A stretch of DNA of 64,000 bases from Balanoglossus misakiensis. Taxonomy: Eukaryota > Animalia > Hemichordata. The stretch spans positions 773,740 through 837,739 of the forward strand of contig CM082578.2 in NCBI GenBank assembly GCA_040954595.2, read 5' to 3'. A model generated the notes under the pieces. It worked only from the letters and a program-made list of their open reading frames with translations. It ran no database searches and was not told the DNA's origin. Positions 1-12,482 of the stretch are shown one piece after another. Numbering within the stretch: the first letter of the stretch is position 1; the number at the start of each line of letters is the position of its first letter. The position numbers and the translations under genes are program-made.

Positions 1-809
1 TGCTAAACAACTTCTCAACCACATCAACCAATCACAAGCGTCGCAAAATACACCTGGTATATGACTCATTTCGATTGGATACTTGTCAACCAGGGCATTT
101 GTCACGTGGTCATTGAGGTGCCACGTTTCCATCATCATTCGGAACTCAACCTTCGACAGACAAACACCATGGCCGAAAGTAGCGACGAGCACGAGCTTTT
201 CATTACCCATGGAGCACGTTCCGACACCCAAGCGAAAGCGAAGGGCGTAGCTTTTACGATATGGACTGGATTTTCCAAGATTTTGGTAGCTTCATTGAAG
301 ATAATGTACATAAACCATCGGTCATGGAAAGTGTCCTGCAGAAAATCAAGGGTGCCTTTCTCCTGGCCTGCAGCCGCCATTGCGCACATCCTCAGTCTGT
401 AAGTACCATTTTTCTGTCATTTTCCTCGGAACTTGTAAATTTGTAGTTTTATATTGATCAGGAATGTTCGATTGTACGTCAGCGTAGGCACTTCAGGGAA
501 GTTTTGGTACGTCGAAAAAAATCAAGCTTTCAGGTGAATCCGTGTGTGAGGTAGAAACGAACCCCCAACCAAAGGTTGAGCCCTGCAGCGCAGAGATCAC
601 GACAAAGAAAGATGGACGAGCCAAGTGTGTGCACCTGGAAGCAGTTCTTCCCGCCGGAGGCAGCACCTCCTGTCAAAGCTATCTTGTTTGTTGTAGTGAA
701 TCTTATTATGCCAGGTGCAGTGCAATATCCAGATATTGCACTGGTACCAGTGCATTATCATAAATAATGTCCCAAGAGAACAAAGAGTCTGGTCACATGT
801 AGTGTTGTA

Positions 810-1305
810 ACGAACGCTAGTGTCTGTCATGGTGTGCCGGGGTTTTAGTCGAGCCAGGCCGTAGGAAATGTGACTTGATCAACGTGGTCAGTGTACGCGT
901 GCTTCTGCTCTAGAGTACCGGGGCTTCAGCTGAGCCAGGCCGAAGGAAACCCGATGTGATTACCGTTGTTAACTTACACCAGTCTGTGTCCTATATATAG
1001 TGCCGGGGCATCAGCCGTGCCAAGCCGATGGAAATGTGAGTAGATCAACGTGGTCTCTGTACGCGTGTTTCTGCTCTAGACTGCCAGGGCTTTAGCCAAG
1101 CCATGCCGTAGAAAATCTGACTTGATCAAAGTTGCTAACGAACGCTAGTGTCTGTCATAGTGTGCCGGGGTTTTAGTCGAGCCAAGCCGTAGGAGATCAG
1201 ACTTGATCAACGTGGTCTCTGTACGCGTGTTTCTGCTCTAGAGTGGTGGGGCTTTATCCAAGCCATGCCGTAGAAAATCTGACTTGATCACCGTTGCTAA
1301 CGCCG
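810..1305 (+). repeat. Diverged tandem repeat, ~82-bp unit, ~6 copies
   Basis: Units start near 833, 916, 1000, 1081, 1163 and 1243 (GTGCCGGGG...AGCCAxGCCGTAGxAAATxTGACTTGATCA), with alternating 3' halves. Confidence 0.85.
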
Positions 1306-2574
1306 CCCAACAACTCTTCATGATAAAGGAGCTGTATAATTCGTTTGTTGCACTTCCATACAGCCCATTGAGAGACTGCGTAGACCATGACACATGGAAA
1401 CACATTCGTTTACAGTTTTACTAGGAAATACGAAACGCATAGCAGTGCAGTACCACATGTACCATTGTATCCCGGGCCACGCTTGGTTGTACGTTGTACT
1501 AGAAGCCCTACGTACAGGCCGAGCGTATAGACCCCCCCCCCCCCCGGGTTACTTCGAAAATTTTCGGACTGGGTCCGTTTGCCGCCCAAGTTGAGCACAC
1601 CGAAAATCAACATTGAGTTTTTTGAAAATCAAAGGCAGGGACAAACCAATGAGGACAAAATACTGTTACAGAAAAGTGTTCTCGGTGACGTTGAGATGTG
1701 ACCCAAACCATGAAACATATTATTATTCACGAAGCAATGTCTCCCGGAAAATGTAACATTACCAGGGGCATCAGATTGCGCCAGTGTACGTGTGCTGCAT
1801 GTATGTCATGAAATGGCTGATTTGTCTTGTCTCTGCCGTTGCTAAATGACCGTCCGTCGCCGTTCGCAATCATATAAATAGTCTTTGTTCGCATTGTCAC
1901 ACTGACACCAGCGCACTGTTGCTGTGGGGTCACACTGGAAGGAAATCATGTCTGTATTGTCAATGTTTAGCGACAAGAACAGGTGAACTTAAAGTGTAAA
2001 GTGCGTAACTAAGTGAAACATAGACCGGAGTCTATTATTTAAAGCAACACTTTTGGCTTGTCATAACAGCTGTCTGCAGTCTTTAAACGACATAGGCTGC
2101 CATTATCAACTTGTAATATCACTGTGCCCACAGTTTCTGTGCTCCGCCTAACCAACCATTGGCCATGGAAAGTCAGAGCAATGTGTAAACTGAGTAGTAA
2201 TGGCCTCATCGGAAAGCAACAAGCTGGCAAACACGTGTACGTTGTCAATGTTTGTCGCTTGTCTTCAGCGGTCGGAAACCTGTGAAATGTGTGATCGAAA
2301 TTGACAAGTGGAATTGAATGCAAAGTAACACTTCTGGGCCATTATCAGCATCACAAAAGTGTCTGTGTTTTTCAGTATGTTTTCCTATTGTTTTAAATGA
2401 CAACAATTCAGGACTTTGCAAGGTTTCCGTAATGTCACCTGATCTTTTCTGGGAGATGCGCGTGCATATTGCCGAAATTACTGTGGAGAGTTGCAAAATA
2501 CGTGTTTTGAGTTTTTCCAAAAACGGGATGAAGACTGCACCAGTGAAAAAAAAAATCGCTCGCTGCCTCAGCCC

Positions 2575-2652
2575 TAGCTGTGGCAACGCTGCTGTTCCGC
2601 CGGGGGGAGGGGGCCTAATCCCCCCGGCGGAACAGCTGCGTTTCCACGACTA
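2575..2652. mobile_element. 78-bp foldback/MITE-like hairpin with TAG...CTA ends
   Basis: TAGCTGTGGCAACGC-T-GCTGTTCCGCCGGGGG pairs with CCCCCGGCGGAACAGC-T-GCGTTTCCACGACTA; no clear TSD. Confidence 0.5.
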
Positions 2653-3384
2653 CATGTACCTCAGACTTGCGTCAAGCTCTCTGGTGACTTCCGACCACTG
2701 GGGTCAGAGGTCGCTGAAACACCCGCATATGATCATTTTCAGACCAAGAAAAGAGAGAGTTGATCTGCAGCCCTGCAAACACGGAAAGGGAAGTTTGTCA
2801 CTCTGATGTTAGATTGGTGATACATGTGAACTTACAAGATAAGCTCACACTGGTGTTCTAAATGCAGCTATAATTGATATAATTTCCACATAAAGTGATT
2901 CGATCATTTGTGTGTGTACTAGTATTTACACCACACTTATTGAGGAAAACCATTTGATTTCTTTGCATGGAAGATTTGGGTATGTCAACAAAAATCAGTC
3001 ACTGTTACAGTAACATTCTTTTTGGATTGCCAGTCCATCGTTTTCCTCAAGGCAATGCAGAAGAATTTCTTTTCCTTGACACCTATCAACATTTTTTCCC
3101 TCCAGATATCCTCCCATCCACCCCCAAAATCAATTGAGTATTTGGTCATCAATAAAACATACATGTATAGGCATACATATAAAACGCATAGAAAAGTTCT
3201 CTTCAAAAAGTTCATCCTTTATTTCAAAGTCATGTTTAAAAAAACTTTCTTAAAATTCATAGCAATTACCATGACAACAAGCAACATTAAATATATACAG
3301 TATTGCGCTTACAATTATTTTACAAAATCTGGTTCACTAGAGAATATAAAACTTCCAAAAGAATATTTCATTTAATTAATATAT

Positions 3385-3892
3385 TGTGACAGAGACATTG
3401 AACGTCATCTGTAGACAGTAAAACAGGCTGTATTCCTAGTACTTTTACAAATGGGGTTGCCATGTACTTCTAGTTCTATGTAGTTTCATTGTACCTATTC
3501 TGTTCGTTGCCTAGTTACGTCACGTAGGACCTATGGTAATGTTGCAATTTTAGGCGGCAAGCTCTGTACATTAGTTTGCTCTCTTCGGGGTGACCGGGCA
3601 TATAAAAAGACGTACGTACTACGACTCCGTGTTGTGTGAGTTATTCCTCCTGTTTAGTGGAAGTCCTCTCAAAGAGTTCCCATCAAAGAAAGGTCCACCT
3701 ACCCAGACGTTCTCTTCCCTGTGTTTTGGGCATAGAAACTACAAGAAGTATTACAGGTGATACCCGTTGATTTGCAGTCGGAACCTGTTGACCGAGAACG
3801 GTATCGTCGCCATTTTGTCAGTGAAAGTTCTCTGTGATCGTGTTGGGGAAAATAACCGGACCCATATTTGTCCCGACAACCGCACGATTACA
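3385..3892 (+). repeat. 5' LTR of Gypsy A (start approximate)
   Basis: Ends ...GATTACA 2 nt before the PBS; TATAAAA at 3601; TGTGAC at 3385 is the inferred start, with no 3' LTR available for confirmation. Confidence 0.65.
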
Positions 3893-3894
3893 TT

Positions 3895-3913
3895 TGGTGG
3901 CAGCGGTGGGATT
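3895..3913 (+). promoter_or_regulatory. Primer-binding site complementary to tRNA-Leu 3' end
   Basis: TGGTGGCAGCGGTGGGATT is the reverse complement of the metazoan tRNA-Leu(AAG-type) 3' end AATCCCACCGCTGCCA+CCA. Confidence 0.9.
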
Positions 3914-4347
3914 TAACATTAATGTTGCATGTTTCGGCCCAGTAGCTGTGACGTTTTATTTGGCATTGATCGTGGCAGGAAACAATTCTCCACCAACTAC
4001 TTGCCTGTAAGCGTCGCGGTTGCAATACAAGTGTGTGTCACTCGCTCGTCCGACATTACATTTAATTTGACATCAAATCTTTGCGGCAGAAATTTTGTGG
4101 ACAGTATAGACTGGCATTTCTTGGGCACTGTACTCCTTACAGGACTGACTTACTCGCATAATTATTTGTGTGTAAGGGAGTCGGGTGACAGTCGACGTGT
4201 CCACACTAAATCTTTCAAAAAAACAAAAACAAAACCCGTATACAGGGCAGTAGGACCGAGTGACACAGGACACGGAAATTTTGGTGTCTTACTTGAGTCT
4301 TGGGAATTTCTTTTGTCGGTGGCATTATGCCCCTGCCAGAGATCACG

Positions 4348-5861
4348 ATGGCAGATGAGTCAGTGGATAGTAGAGTTGTTACGTTTAAAAGTGAAGCAAG
4401 TGTAGGACATGAGTCAGATGGAAGTAGGGGCAAAGCTGTTGAAGAGAACAACAGTACAGTGGGCGCGGGGGCCATAGGGGGCAAGGGGCCCACCCCGAAT
4501 GAACAGCTGCAGGAGGAAATATCACAGTTAAAATCTCTGCTGCTGAAAGAACAAGTACAAAGACTTGCTCTTGAAAAACAAATTCAGCGTTCAGACTTGC
4601 TTACGCAACTGAAAGAAAATATCAGCGGTTCTTCGCCAGGCAGTCAAATTTGACCCCTGACAAGTCAAACAGTGTGGAGGGTAGAATGTACACACTACCA
4701 ACACCTGGTAAAATAAAACATGGGATAGTGACAAGCACTCCAAAGATAGTCCAGGGTAATCAGAATAATGGAGATTCTCCAATAGGGTCTGCCAATAAAA
4801 CACCACTGGCCAATACAATCGGTGCAGGCAGTGGTACACAAGTGGGAGGTTACAATTTGACATCCCCCAAAGGCATCAGAAGTGGTAATTTTGACTTGTG
4901 TTACACACCGTCAAACAGAACACCCTCAAATGATATTTCTTCAATGGGTACCAATAAATCGATTAAATCACAAATAAAACCTGATCGCTATGATGGTACA
5001 GACATATGGAGGGACTACAAAACACACTTTGAAATATGTGCTCAGCTAAATAACTGGGATGAATGGGAGAAAATTCAGTATTTGCAGATTGCATTGAAGG
5101 GCCCTGCATATAAGCTGTTGACTACTGCGAAGCGTAGTGGATTAACGTATAATTCACTCTGCGATATGCTTGAACATAGGTTTGGTACCGAAGGTCGGGA
5201 TGACATGTACCGCTTGACGTTACGCAAGCGAACCCGACAACCTGAGGAATCTTTAAGGGGGTTAGCCCAAGATATGAGAGAACTAGTGAGTTTAGGGTAC
5301 CCACAAGCTGTTGGCCCTATGTATGACCGACTTTGCATTGAGTACTTTTTTAATTCACTGACCGATACTCATTTGCGACGTGCAGGTAATGAGAAAGGGC
5401 GACGTGATGGTGTAAGTTTTGATGAGGTTGTTAGAGCAGCTGTTTGTGAAGAGAGTTTTCAACAAGCAGAAAGAGTCAATGATTCTAACAGTACTAATGA
5501 CCCTGTGAAACGGACACATGGTAAACATACTTGTGAAGTAAATGTGTCTTCAGTAAGTGGAAGTGGGTCAACAACTGGGAACTCTGCTGGAGAGGCTTTG
5601 TCACTTCTCAACAAAACCATGAAACAAATGACCGATACAGTAGTTGAGAAACTCTCAGAATTACAGACAGAAATAAAATCACATGTTGGGACCAGAGACC
5701 AAACTGTAAGGGACAAGAGAACAGATAGAACTCCCAGTAGTGTTACATGCTGGCGATGTGGACAAATGGGGCACCTTCGCAGGGTTTGTCCAGTGCCAAG
5801 TAGGCCTATCGATTCGGGAAACGGCAAAAGACTGGTTGGGTGGCCCAACAACCAGTCTTAG
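4348..5861 (+). pseudogene. gag: Gypsy gag (capsid + CCHC nucleocapsid), one frameshift near 4650
   Basis: KPDRYDG..W.DY..HFE..A..N.W capsid motif, RTRQPEESL, CWRCGQMGHLRRVC; N-terminal coiled-coil part (ATG 4348) is in another frame. Confidence 0.9.
5816..5859 (+). promoter_or_regulatory. Programmed -1 ribosomal frameshift signal (gag-pol)
   Basis: G GGA AAC in gag phase, 5-nt spacer, perfect 11-bp stem AAGACTGGTTG/CAACCAGTCTT; pol is in the -1 frame. Confidence 0.85.
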
Positions 5862-7101
5862 GAAAGGGGCCCACAGTTGTAAGGTCAAATGATACCAATT
5901 GGGCAAAACCTGGGGTGCGTTCTTCGAAAACTCAGATTGAAAATCCACAGGACAGTTTGACCTCAGGTCACAAACAGGCCTTGTATGTTAATGCCGTTAT
6001 AGGGGGAGAAAGGGGAAGCTTTCTCATTGATACAGGAGCCACTGATTCAGTTATCTCAACACATTTTTATGACCGCATGGTGACCAACCACAAACCACAG
6101 TTACGCACTCTGAATGCTGAAGTCCGACAAGCTGATGGCACACCATTAAATGTACATGGTTTCACTAGTATGACTATAAGTTTAGGGAATCAGGCAGCTA
6201 CAGCACCAGTTTTCGTGGCTAGGCTACAAAATGATGGCCTGTTGGGTATGAGTTTTCTCTCCGCCTTGGGTTGCTTAGTGGACACTCAAAGGGGCAAATT
6301 AATTATAGGGGAAGAAAGGATTGTCTGTCATAAGGAGATTGTTAGGCCATTCATTTGTAGGCTAATGGTAGAGGTGGGAACCGAGATCCCACCGGGTTGT
6401 GAAGTGATCATTCCTACTCGTATGTCACGTAAACCATGTAAAGGCGAAGCCGGGTATAAATCAGCAGCCGAGGGGTATACTAGAACACATGTATCAGTGA
6501 TTCATTCCTCTCAAATTGAGATCCCGATGTTTGACACGGCCCAAACTGACTTGACTGACATTGCAATTGTTGAACCAGTGAAGGGGAGACGTTGATCGGG
6601 AGAGGGTTAGTTGCCTGTAAGGCCTTAGTAGACCCAAGGGAAACTTGCCTCCCTGTTAGGGTGTTGAACATAGGGGAGGAAACTACATGTGTAAAACCTC
6701 GGGAAACTGTTGGGCTGCTGCGCGTAGATTCGAATGGGGGTGAAATCAATTCCTTCCTATCTGGCACTATGTTTGAGGATGTCCCCACGATTGATGAGAA
6801 TTTAAAAGAGATGGGAACTGATATTGTTCAAGTCCCACAACATCTCAAAGGGCTATATGAAAAAAGCTGTAGACATTTGAATAGTGGACAGCGAACAAAA
6901 GTTGCCAAACTGTTAAAGAACTATGCGGACGTATTTAGCAGCGGAGACTATGACATTGGTCGCACTAAGATAATTAAACATGAAATAAATACAGGTAATG
7001 CCCCACCAATTAGACAGGCTCCTTACCGTGCTCCTATCTGGAAGCAGAAGGAGATTGATAGGCAGGTCAAAGATCTGTTAGAGCGTGAATTAATACAATA
7101 A
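5822..7101 (+). pseudogene. pol: Gypsy pol 5' part: aspartic protease and linker up to start of RT; frameshift near 6593
   Basis: FLIDTGATDSVIS and GLLGMSFL protease motifs; YADVFS...IKHEINTGNAPPIRQAPYR pre-RT motif. Confidence 0.9.
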
Positions 7102-7440
7102 GCTGCGTTGATAATAGCTCATGTTGCATTTCCACACACCCGAACTTGTGAGATAGCGTTTCTTGTGATTACGGAAAGTGCGCGCTGCCAAACTATGGCG
7201 GCAGCCTGGACACTGCTGCCGATAACCTTGGCGAGACTTCGGCATTTCGGTGGTGAATCTGGGGAAAGTGTTGCGGCTGATTTTGAGATTCTGTGCGTGT
7301 TTTACGTTTGGAACGGCGGTCTAGTGGGTTGAAATACCAAACTAACAAACATTGATCCGACCTCCTAGGTGGCCCTTTTAAAAGTTTATAACTGAGCGGG
7401 CTCGTCCGGCAGCCCAATTTAACAAATTACAACTAAGATA

Positions 7441-8040
7441 AGGGGTTACACATGTTCACACCTTGACCCATAAAAGCGAGTCACATCCTCTCAGAAAACA
7501 CCATTCTGAACGAAAACACCATCACTGTAACTCACTCCTGTATGGTCTCCCAGAAAACACAATCGCCCTACTTCAAAGAGCTCAGAATACTTCAGCCAGA
7601 ATAGTCATGCGCACTAGGAAATTCACGCCAATCACTCCAGTTCTTGCCCAGCTCCATTGGTTACCAGTTCGTCTCAGGATCGACTACAAAATTTTGTTGA
7701 TAACGTTCAAAGTTATCCAAAACCAGACTCCAGCTTACATCAGTGATCTACTGCAGCCATACACTCCCACTCGTACACTGCGTTCATCCACCAAGAAACT
7801 TTTAACATGTACAACCTACAAAAACAAGACTTATGGCGGCCGTGCCTTCTCCTATGCAGCCCCTAAACTGTGGAACGCACTACCTCTTGACATCAGGGAA
7901 TCAACAAACCTGGAGACTTTCAAAAGAAAACTGAAAACTCATATGTTCGAAAGAGCATACAGTGTGGTTTAACCATGAGCGTCATTGGGCAACATTTCTT
8001 TTTGGATTTTGGCGCTATATAAACTTTGTTGATTGATTGA
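7441..8040 (+). mobile_element. 5'-truncated L2/CR1-group LINE (ORF2 C-terminus, 3' UTR, (TTGA)n tail)
   Basis: CNSLLYGLP...LQRAQNTSAR...LHWLPVRLRIDYK...RAFSYAAPKLWNALP...FKRKLKTHMF; ends GGCGCTATATAAA...TTGATTGATTGA. Confidence 0.92.
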
Positions 8041-8083
8041 AGATAGAACGGAGAGTGTCCTCTCGTCACCCTTGCAACGCAGC

Positions 8084-9399
8084 ATGCCGAAGGGTAACAA
8101 TTTGCTAGAAAAAGTTCTGGAGGAATTGAGAAAAGCCCGCGAAGACCGAAAGATGTTGCTGGAGCGGATTTCAGCAATGGAATCAAACAGGAGTGACGCG
8201 GGGGCGCCAAGGAAACGAAGAGCGCTTCTTATCCCAATAGGGTGTGCTGTAAGTTAAATTGTACACGTTTCTTGTTCATGCTCTGGCACCGTAATTCAAG
8301 TTTAAATCATTCTTTCCTGTAATAGACACATGATTAGAAACGAGTTACACCATTTTGTCACTAAAACTATGTTTGCATGTAGATTTTCTGTTGCTTGTAA
8401 ATTTATCCTGTCAACTCTTATTTTCATGTTTCAGAATGCTGTGCACGAAGTCTATCGAGAATTGTTGAAAACGGACTTCGAAGGATTTAATTTACCAATG
8501 GGTGAGTAAACATTATGCACATAGCATATTGTAATCACTTTTGATTGTCTCTTTTATTTTATGAAAATGTGATATAAATATATCGCGTGAATCCGGGATG
8601 TGAATCAATGATACCATAAACACAAAACTGTTTGCATGACTTCCACAACTGCAACTATGAGTAAAATGGTGATGTAGTATGTATGTAGTATGTATGGGAT
8701 TAAATATAGGTGGAACTTGGGACGAGTCATTAATTCTATGTCCATTTCACTTTTCTAAACAGGTGCAATGTGAATTCTACTAACAACCAAACCACCATTG
8801 GTAAATTAGTAGTAGAAGTTCAAGCATCCTATGGGAGGAATAAGTGGGAGAGAGCTGTCATAAAAGGTATTTAAAACTTTATGAAGGAAATGCGACGTTT
8901 TGTAACCGTTGAGTAGTTTTACCTTTGTTTTGGGGGCATTATATATGTCAGAGGGTGTTTACAACCGGATTGTCAACATTCAGTGTATTTTCCTAGTTAG
9001 AAAGCTGCTTCTGCAATAGGGTACAACAATTACAATTTAATACGTTTGAATTGCTTATAATTGATAAGATAACATTGTCTCCCTTTCATATCATAGAAGC
9101 CTGCAAGAGATATTACAAAAGTCTGCGACTATCACAGCTCCGAGAGTGCTGGAGAAGACAGCCAGGCAAGCGCGGGGTCCAAGAGAACTAGAAAAAGGCT
9201 GCCATGGGAACGAAAAGAGCTGAAACGATGCAAAAAGGCTTGGGACGACTGCTTTTTGAAGACCTGTTCGAGGGCGTCCAAGAGAATGTTGGTCGAAGTA
9301 GAGACCAGCGACACCTTTTCGTCGAGAGAAATACCGGCAGGGGCACCAAAGTGGGCTGTCAGGGTACGGGGAAATTTGTCAGATAATACAAGCAATTAG
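8084..9399 (+). pseudogene. Four-exon pseudogene resembling C14orf93-like (often transposon-borne) proteins
   Basis: Exons 8084-8248, 8435-8501, 8763-8866 and 9097-9399 with GT-AG ends; EACKRYYKSLR...RLPWERKELKR...SSREIPAGAPKWAV; AATAAA at 9430; phase break and internal frameshift. Family assignment is from motif memory. Confidence 0.6.
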
Positions 9400-11729
9400 A
9401 TTTATGTATATATTTTGTTTTCGTTTATTAATAAAGGTGTGTATTTTGGCTATAAAAAATTATGTTTTTTTTTTTTACTTACCCCCCCCCCCCCACACAC
9501 ACACACTATTTTTTGTGGGTACAAACAAAAATCACACCCACTCCCTGAAAATTGTATTTCTACCTGTTTGTCATTCCGGGCAAATTCCCGAGTTTGGCAA
9601 TACTATGTATGCCGATGCCTGATGAAATCCAACATTCAAAACTGTTCCAACGTTTTTTTTTTACGACTGGAAAATCTTAAAATCTGACTTTGAATACCAT
9701 CCCAGTAGCACCCATAGGGAGACTTCCAAGGAGGTGATAATTAAGTGTTTGTTGACACACATTAGCGAACAAAGACTTGCTTGGTCCATATCTATTGCAG
9801 CTGTTTGTTTGAAAAGATCAACTATGGCACTGTTATATCGAAAAGGGCTTCTTTCATTGGTCGGCCTCCACACAGGTCTCGTACCGTTTGAGGCAATCGC
9901 CGATGGGGCCCCCAACAGAGACAATGAGAGTAGTCCCCAACAGCGACCTACGGCCGGCGGCCTCAAAGGCCTAAGCCAACAACGTTACGTCTCCCTATTG
10001 CCATGGTTGTACCGAATCTAATTTCTCTCCGCAAATCGTCATGTGAATTAATTCACGTCACTGACGACATTATCGTGTGATTTTCTTGTTGAATTTTTCA
10101 GCACAGCTCAAACCCAAGTTATTCAGGGAACGTGTTCTCGTAGCTGTTCACACTGTTAGGAGAACATGTGGTTCCGGTTGCTTTTCCCAAATGAATTTAT
10201 ACCGAAGCGAAGCCCATGTCAATTTTAGCAGCGTTACTTTCAAATGTGCACAGAGCCCGAGCGTAATCTACGTACTAAATAATAATTTCTACCGCCACAC
10301 ACACTCGATCAACTCCTCATTATCACTGACGCGACGCGACTGTCGTGGCAGACGAGCGGCGGTTGTAAGGTATCTTTAGCCGTAGCTAACGACACAGCGG
10401 CCGCATTTTTTTCACCCAATTCCAATAGACCAGAACATCGTGGGCTTCAGTTCGTTGTTTTCACAAAAAACCTTAACAAATTCTGTGAGTAGATGCTTTA
10501 GCAAAGAATCGCAAAAGCATACCAACTTCTCGCCTACAGCTCAAAGTTGCACGGCTCCGCGAAAACCACTGGTATACGATGACTTCAAACTAATGGGATT
10601 ATATATAATACACCAAACGTTTCTTGAACCAAAACTATATGTTGAGGAAAGTAAAGCACCGACTGTAAAGATACCCGCAGAGGGAACAGTGTGTTCATTT
10701 TTTTGAATAAAAATATTTCAGAAACCATTAACGACAACTCCGCAACAATGGAGTGATCAAAGCCTCTTGCGCCCTTTGTTGCCTGTTTCACGAAGTTTGT
10801 CAAGGCTCGTCTTCATGTGACAGGAAGTAGTTCAGGCCTGTATCGCACGAGTGGCGACCAGGTTGAGTGGCGACAATCACAAACGCCAGTGATAATAAAG
10901 GAGTTAATCAGTCATGAAAACTTGTGTTCCTGGTTACATTATCGTTTCTCGCTTATGACTACACATCTTCCGACTCGAAAATACTAGTAATGTGATCTTT
11001 TTAATTTGTTCGAGTTTTCTGTAGGCCTATATTAGTCTGGGTTGCCGACGTCGACAGTGATTGACTTAAACATATATAGAATACCAGTATGAAAAGTTTA
11101 TTTTATCGACACTACGAACCCAACGCAACTTTTAAAATTCTGTAAGTAATTGCGGTGCCGACTTTGGAAAGGCAAAAAATAGGAAGGAGAAAATGATGTA
11201 GAATTCAAACGAACACATGTATGTCCGCGTCCGTTTGTCATTTTAACGATGTTCGTAGAGTTGTCTTTCCATGGTTCAGGTCCTAAATAGTCTCAATCCC
11301 GACTGGCGTGTTTTTCGCTAGCACGTTTGTCCGGATTCCAGACTGGGTCCTATATATACAACGGTATTGTCTCAAGCCCGTCGCTCCATGTAATGTATCT
11401 CCATGGTTTATTTCGGAAAGCCAAAACATTTTTCTCGGAGAGCATCTTTTAAAAAACGGAGTGTCTATTGACAGGCGCGTGTCAATACCCAGTGCGTAGG
11501 TGGCCGGCTATTGACACGCGAGGACTTTATTCTCAAATAATTGCCGATTTTTGAAAACCAAAGCACATATCACATAGTCCATTAAATGATTCGTCTTTTC
11601 TTCCCCGAAAATGAGATGAAACGAAGTGCAAAATTCCGAAAGTCAAAGCGTATGTCATAGTTCTTCCACCCGTTCTACGCGTGTACGCCTAGCGCCTGCC
11701 GATTCTAAGCTTATATCCTGACCGTGACA

Positions 11730-12482
11730 CGGGAGAATTAAATTTTTTTTACCGCTAATTTTCACATGCCCCCCTTCCGAACTGCCAATATTTTCAAATC
11801 CCCCCCTTCCGAACTGCCAAAATTTTGAAATCCCCCCCCCCATTTTTTTTCACAAAGCAAAACACATCACCTATCTATCTTGTAAAAAGAAAAAACAGCG
11901 CTCCCATGAAAAGAATTTGAAACTGATGTTTCCCCTCATCAGTGGGTATTAAAACTGAACATTGTTTTTATTTTTTAAGTACACATATTTGTATTCTGTG
12001 TTGGGAGACATTGTAAACCGAGAATTGAAGGGGGTGGGTTTTTTCTAAAAAAAATATAAAATACAGAGCTCAAAGCTGCATTTTAATGAACCCGGCAAAA
12101 GCAAATTAACTCAACTACCGGTATGTTGGGGAGGACAAATTTAACCGTCGGCGCTCAATGTCATCATGGAGTGGGGCAAGTCCCTTGACCTGGGACACTA
12201 GATAAACCAGTCAATGATTGAAAGGTGTTGATGAATGGAGGGGGTGGGTGTAGGAGGGGGTGTCCCCCTCCCACATTAGAAAATTTTGTAAAATAAAGGG
12301 CGCGAAACTGCATTTTTGTGGACTCAAAATAAATATTTAGTCGTTAAAGTTTTCAAGTCCCCCCCTTTCAGTCCCTAAATTATTTCAAATCCCCCCCTTA
12401 CATAACCTCAATTTTTTCAAATCCCCCCCCCCTCAATTCTCCTGCCCCCCCCCCCCCTCCAGAGGTGTTTGTGAATGCAGCC
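11730..12482. mobile_element. Partial PIF/Harbinger-like non-autonomous element (right end only)
   Basis: Poly-C subterminal repeats (CCCCCTTCCGAACTGCCAA x2), ending GGTGTTTGTGAATGCAGCC followed by TAA; left TIR not found. Confidence 0.4.

Larger units (their letters stand above)
3385..7098 (+). mobile_element. Gypsy/Ty3 LTR retrotransposon A, 3'-truncated just before RT
   Basis: LTR ending CA, PBS, gag with CCHC knuckle, DTG protease and pre-RT motif INTGNAPPIRQAPYR; homology stops at ELIQ*. Confidence 0.93.

Noticed and set aside
169-767. Possible exon (MAESSDEHELFIT..., donor GTAAGT at 399) and nearby short ORFs
   Set aside because: No consistent frame or recognisable domain, so a gene call cannot be supported.
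810-1305. CRISPR-like constant/variable repeat
   Set aside because: Variable parts recur rather than being unique spacers, the repeats are degenerate, there are no cas genes, and the context is eukaryotic.
1530-1580. GGGTTACTTCGAAAATTTTCGGA similar to 51540-51570
   Set aside because: Probably ends of a dispersed element, but no partner TIR or TSD could be defined.
11466-11520. Overlapping short inverted repeats (CGCGTGTCAATA/TATTGACACGCG)
   Set aside because: Too short and isolated to assign a function.
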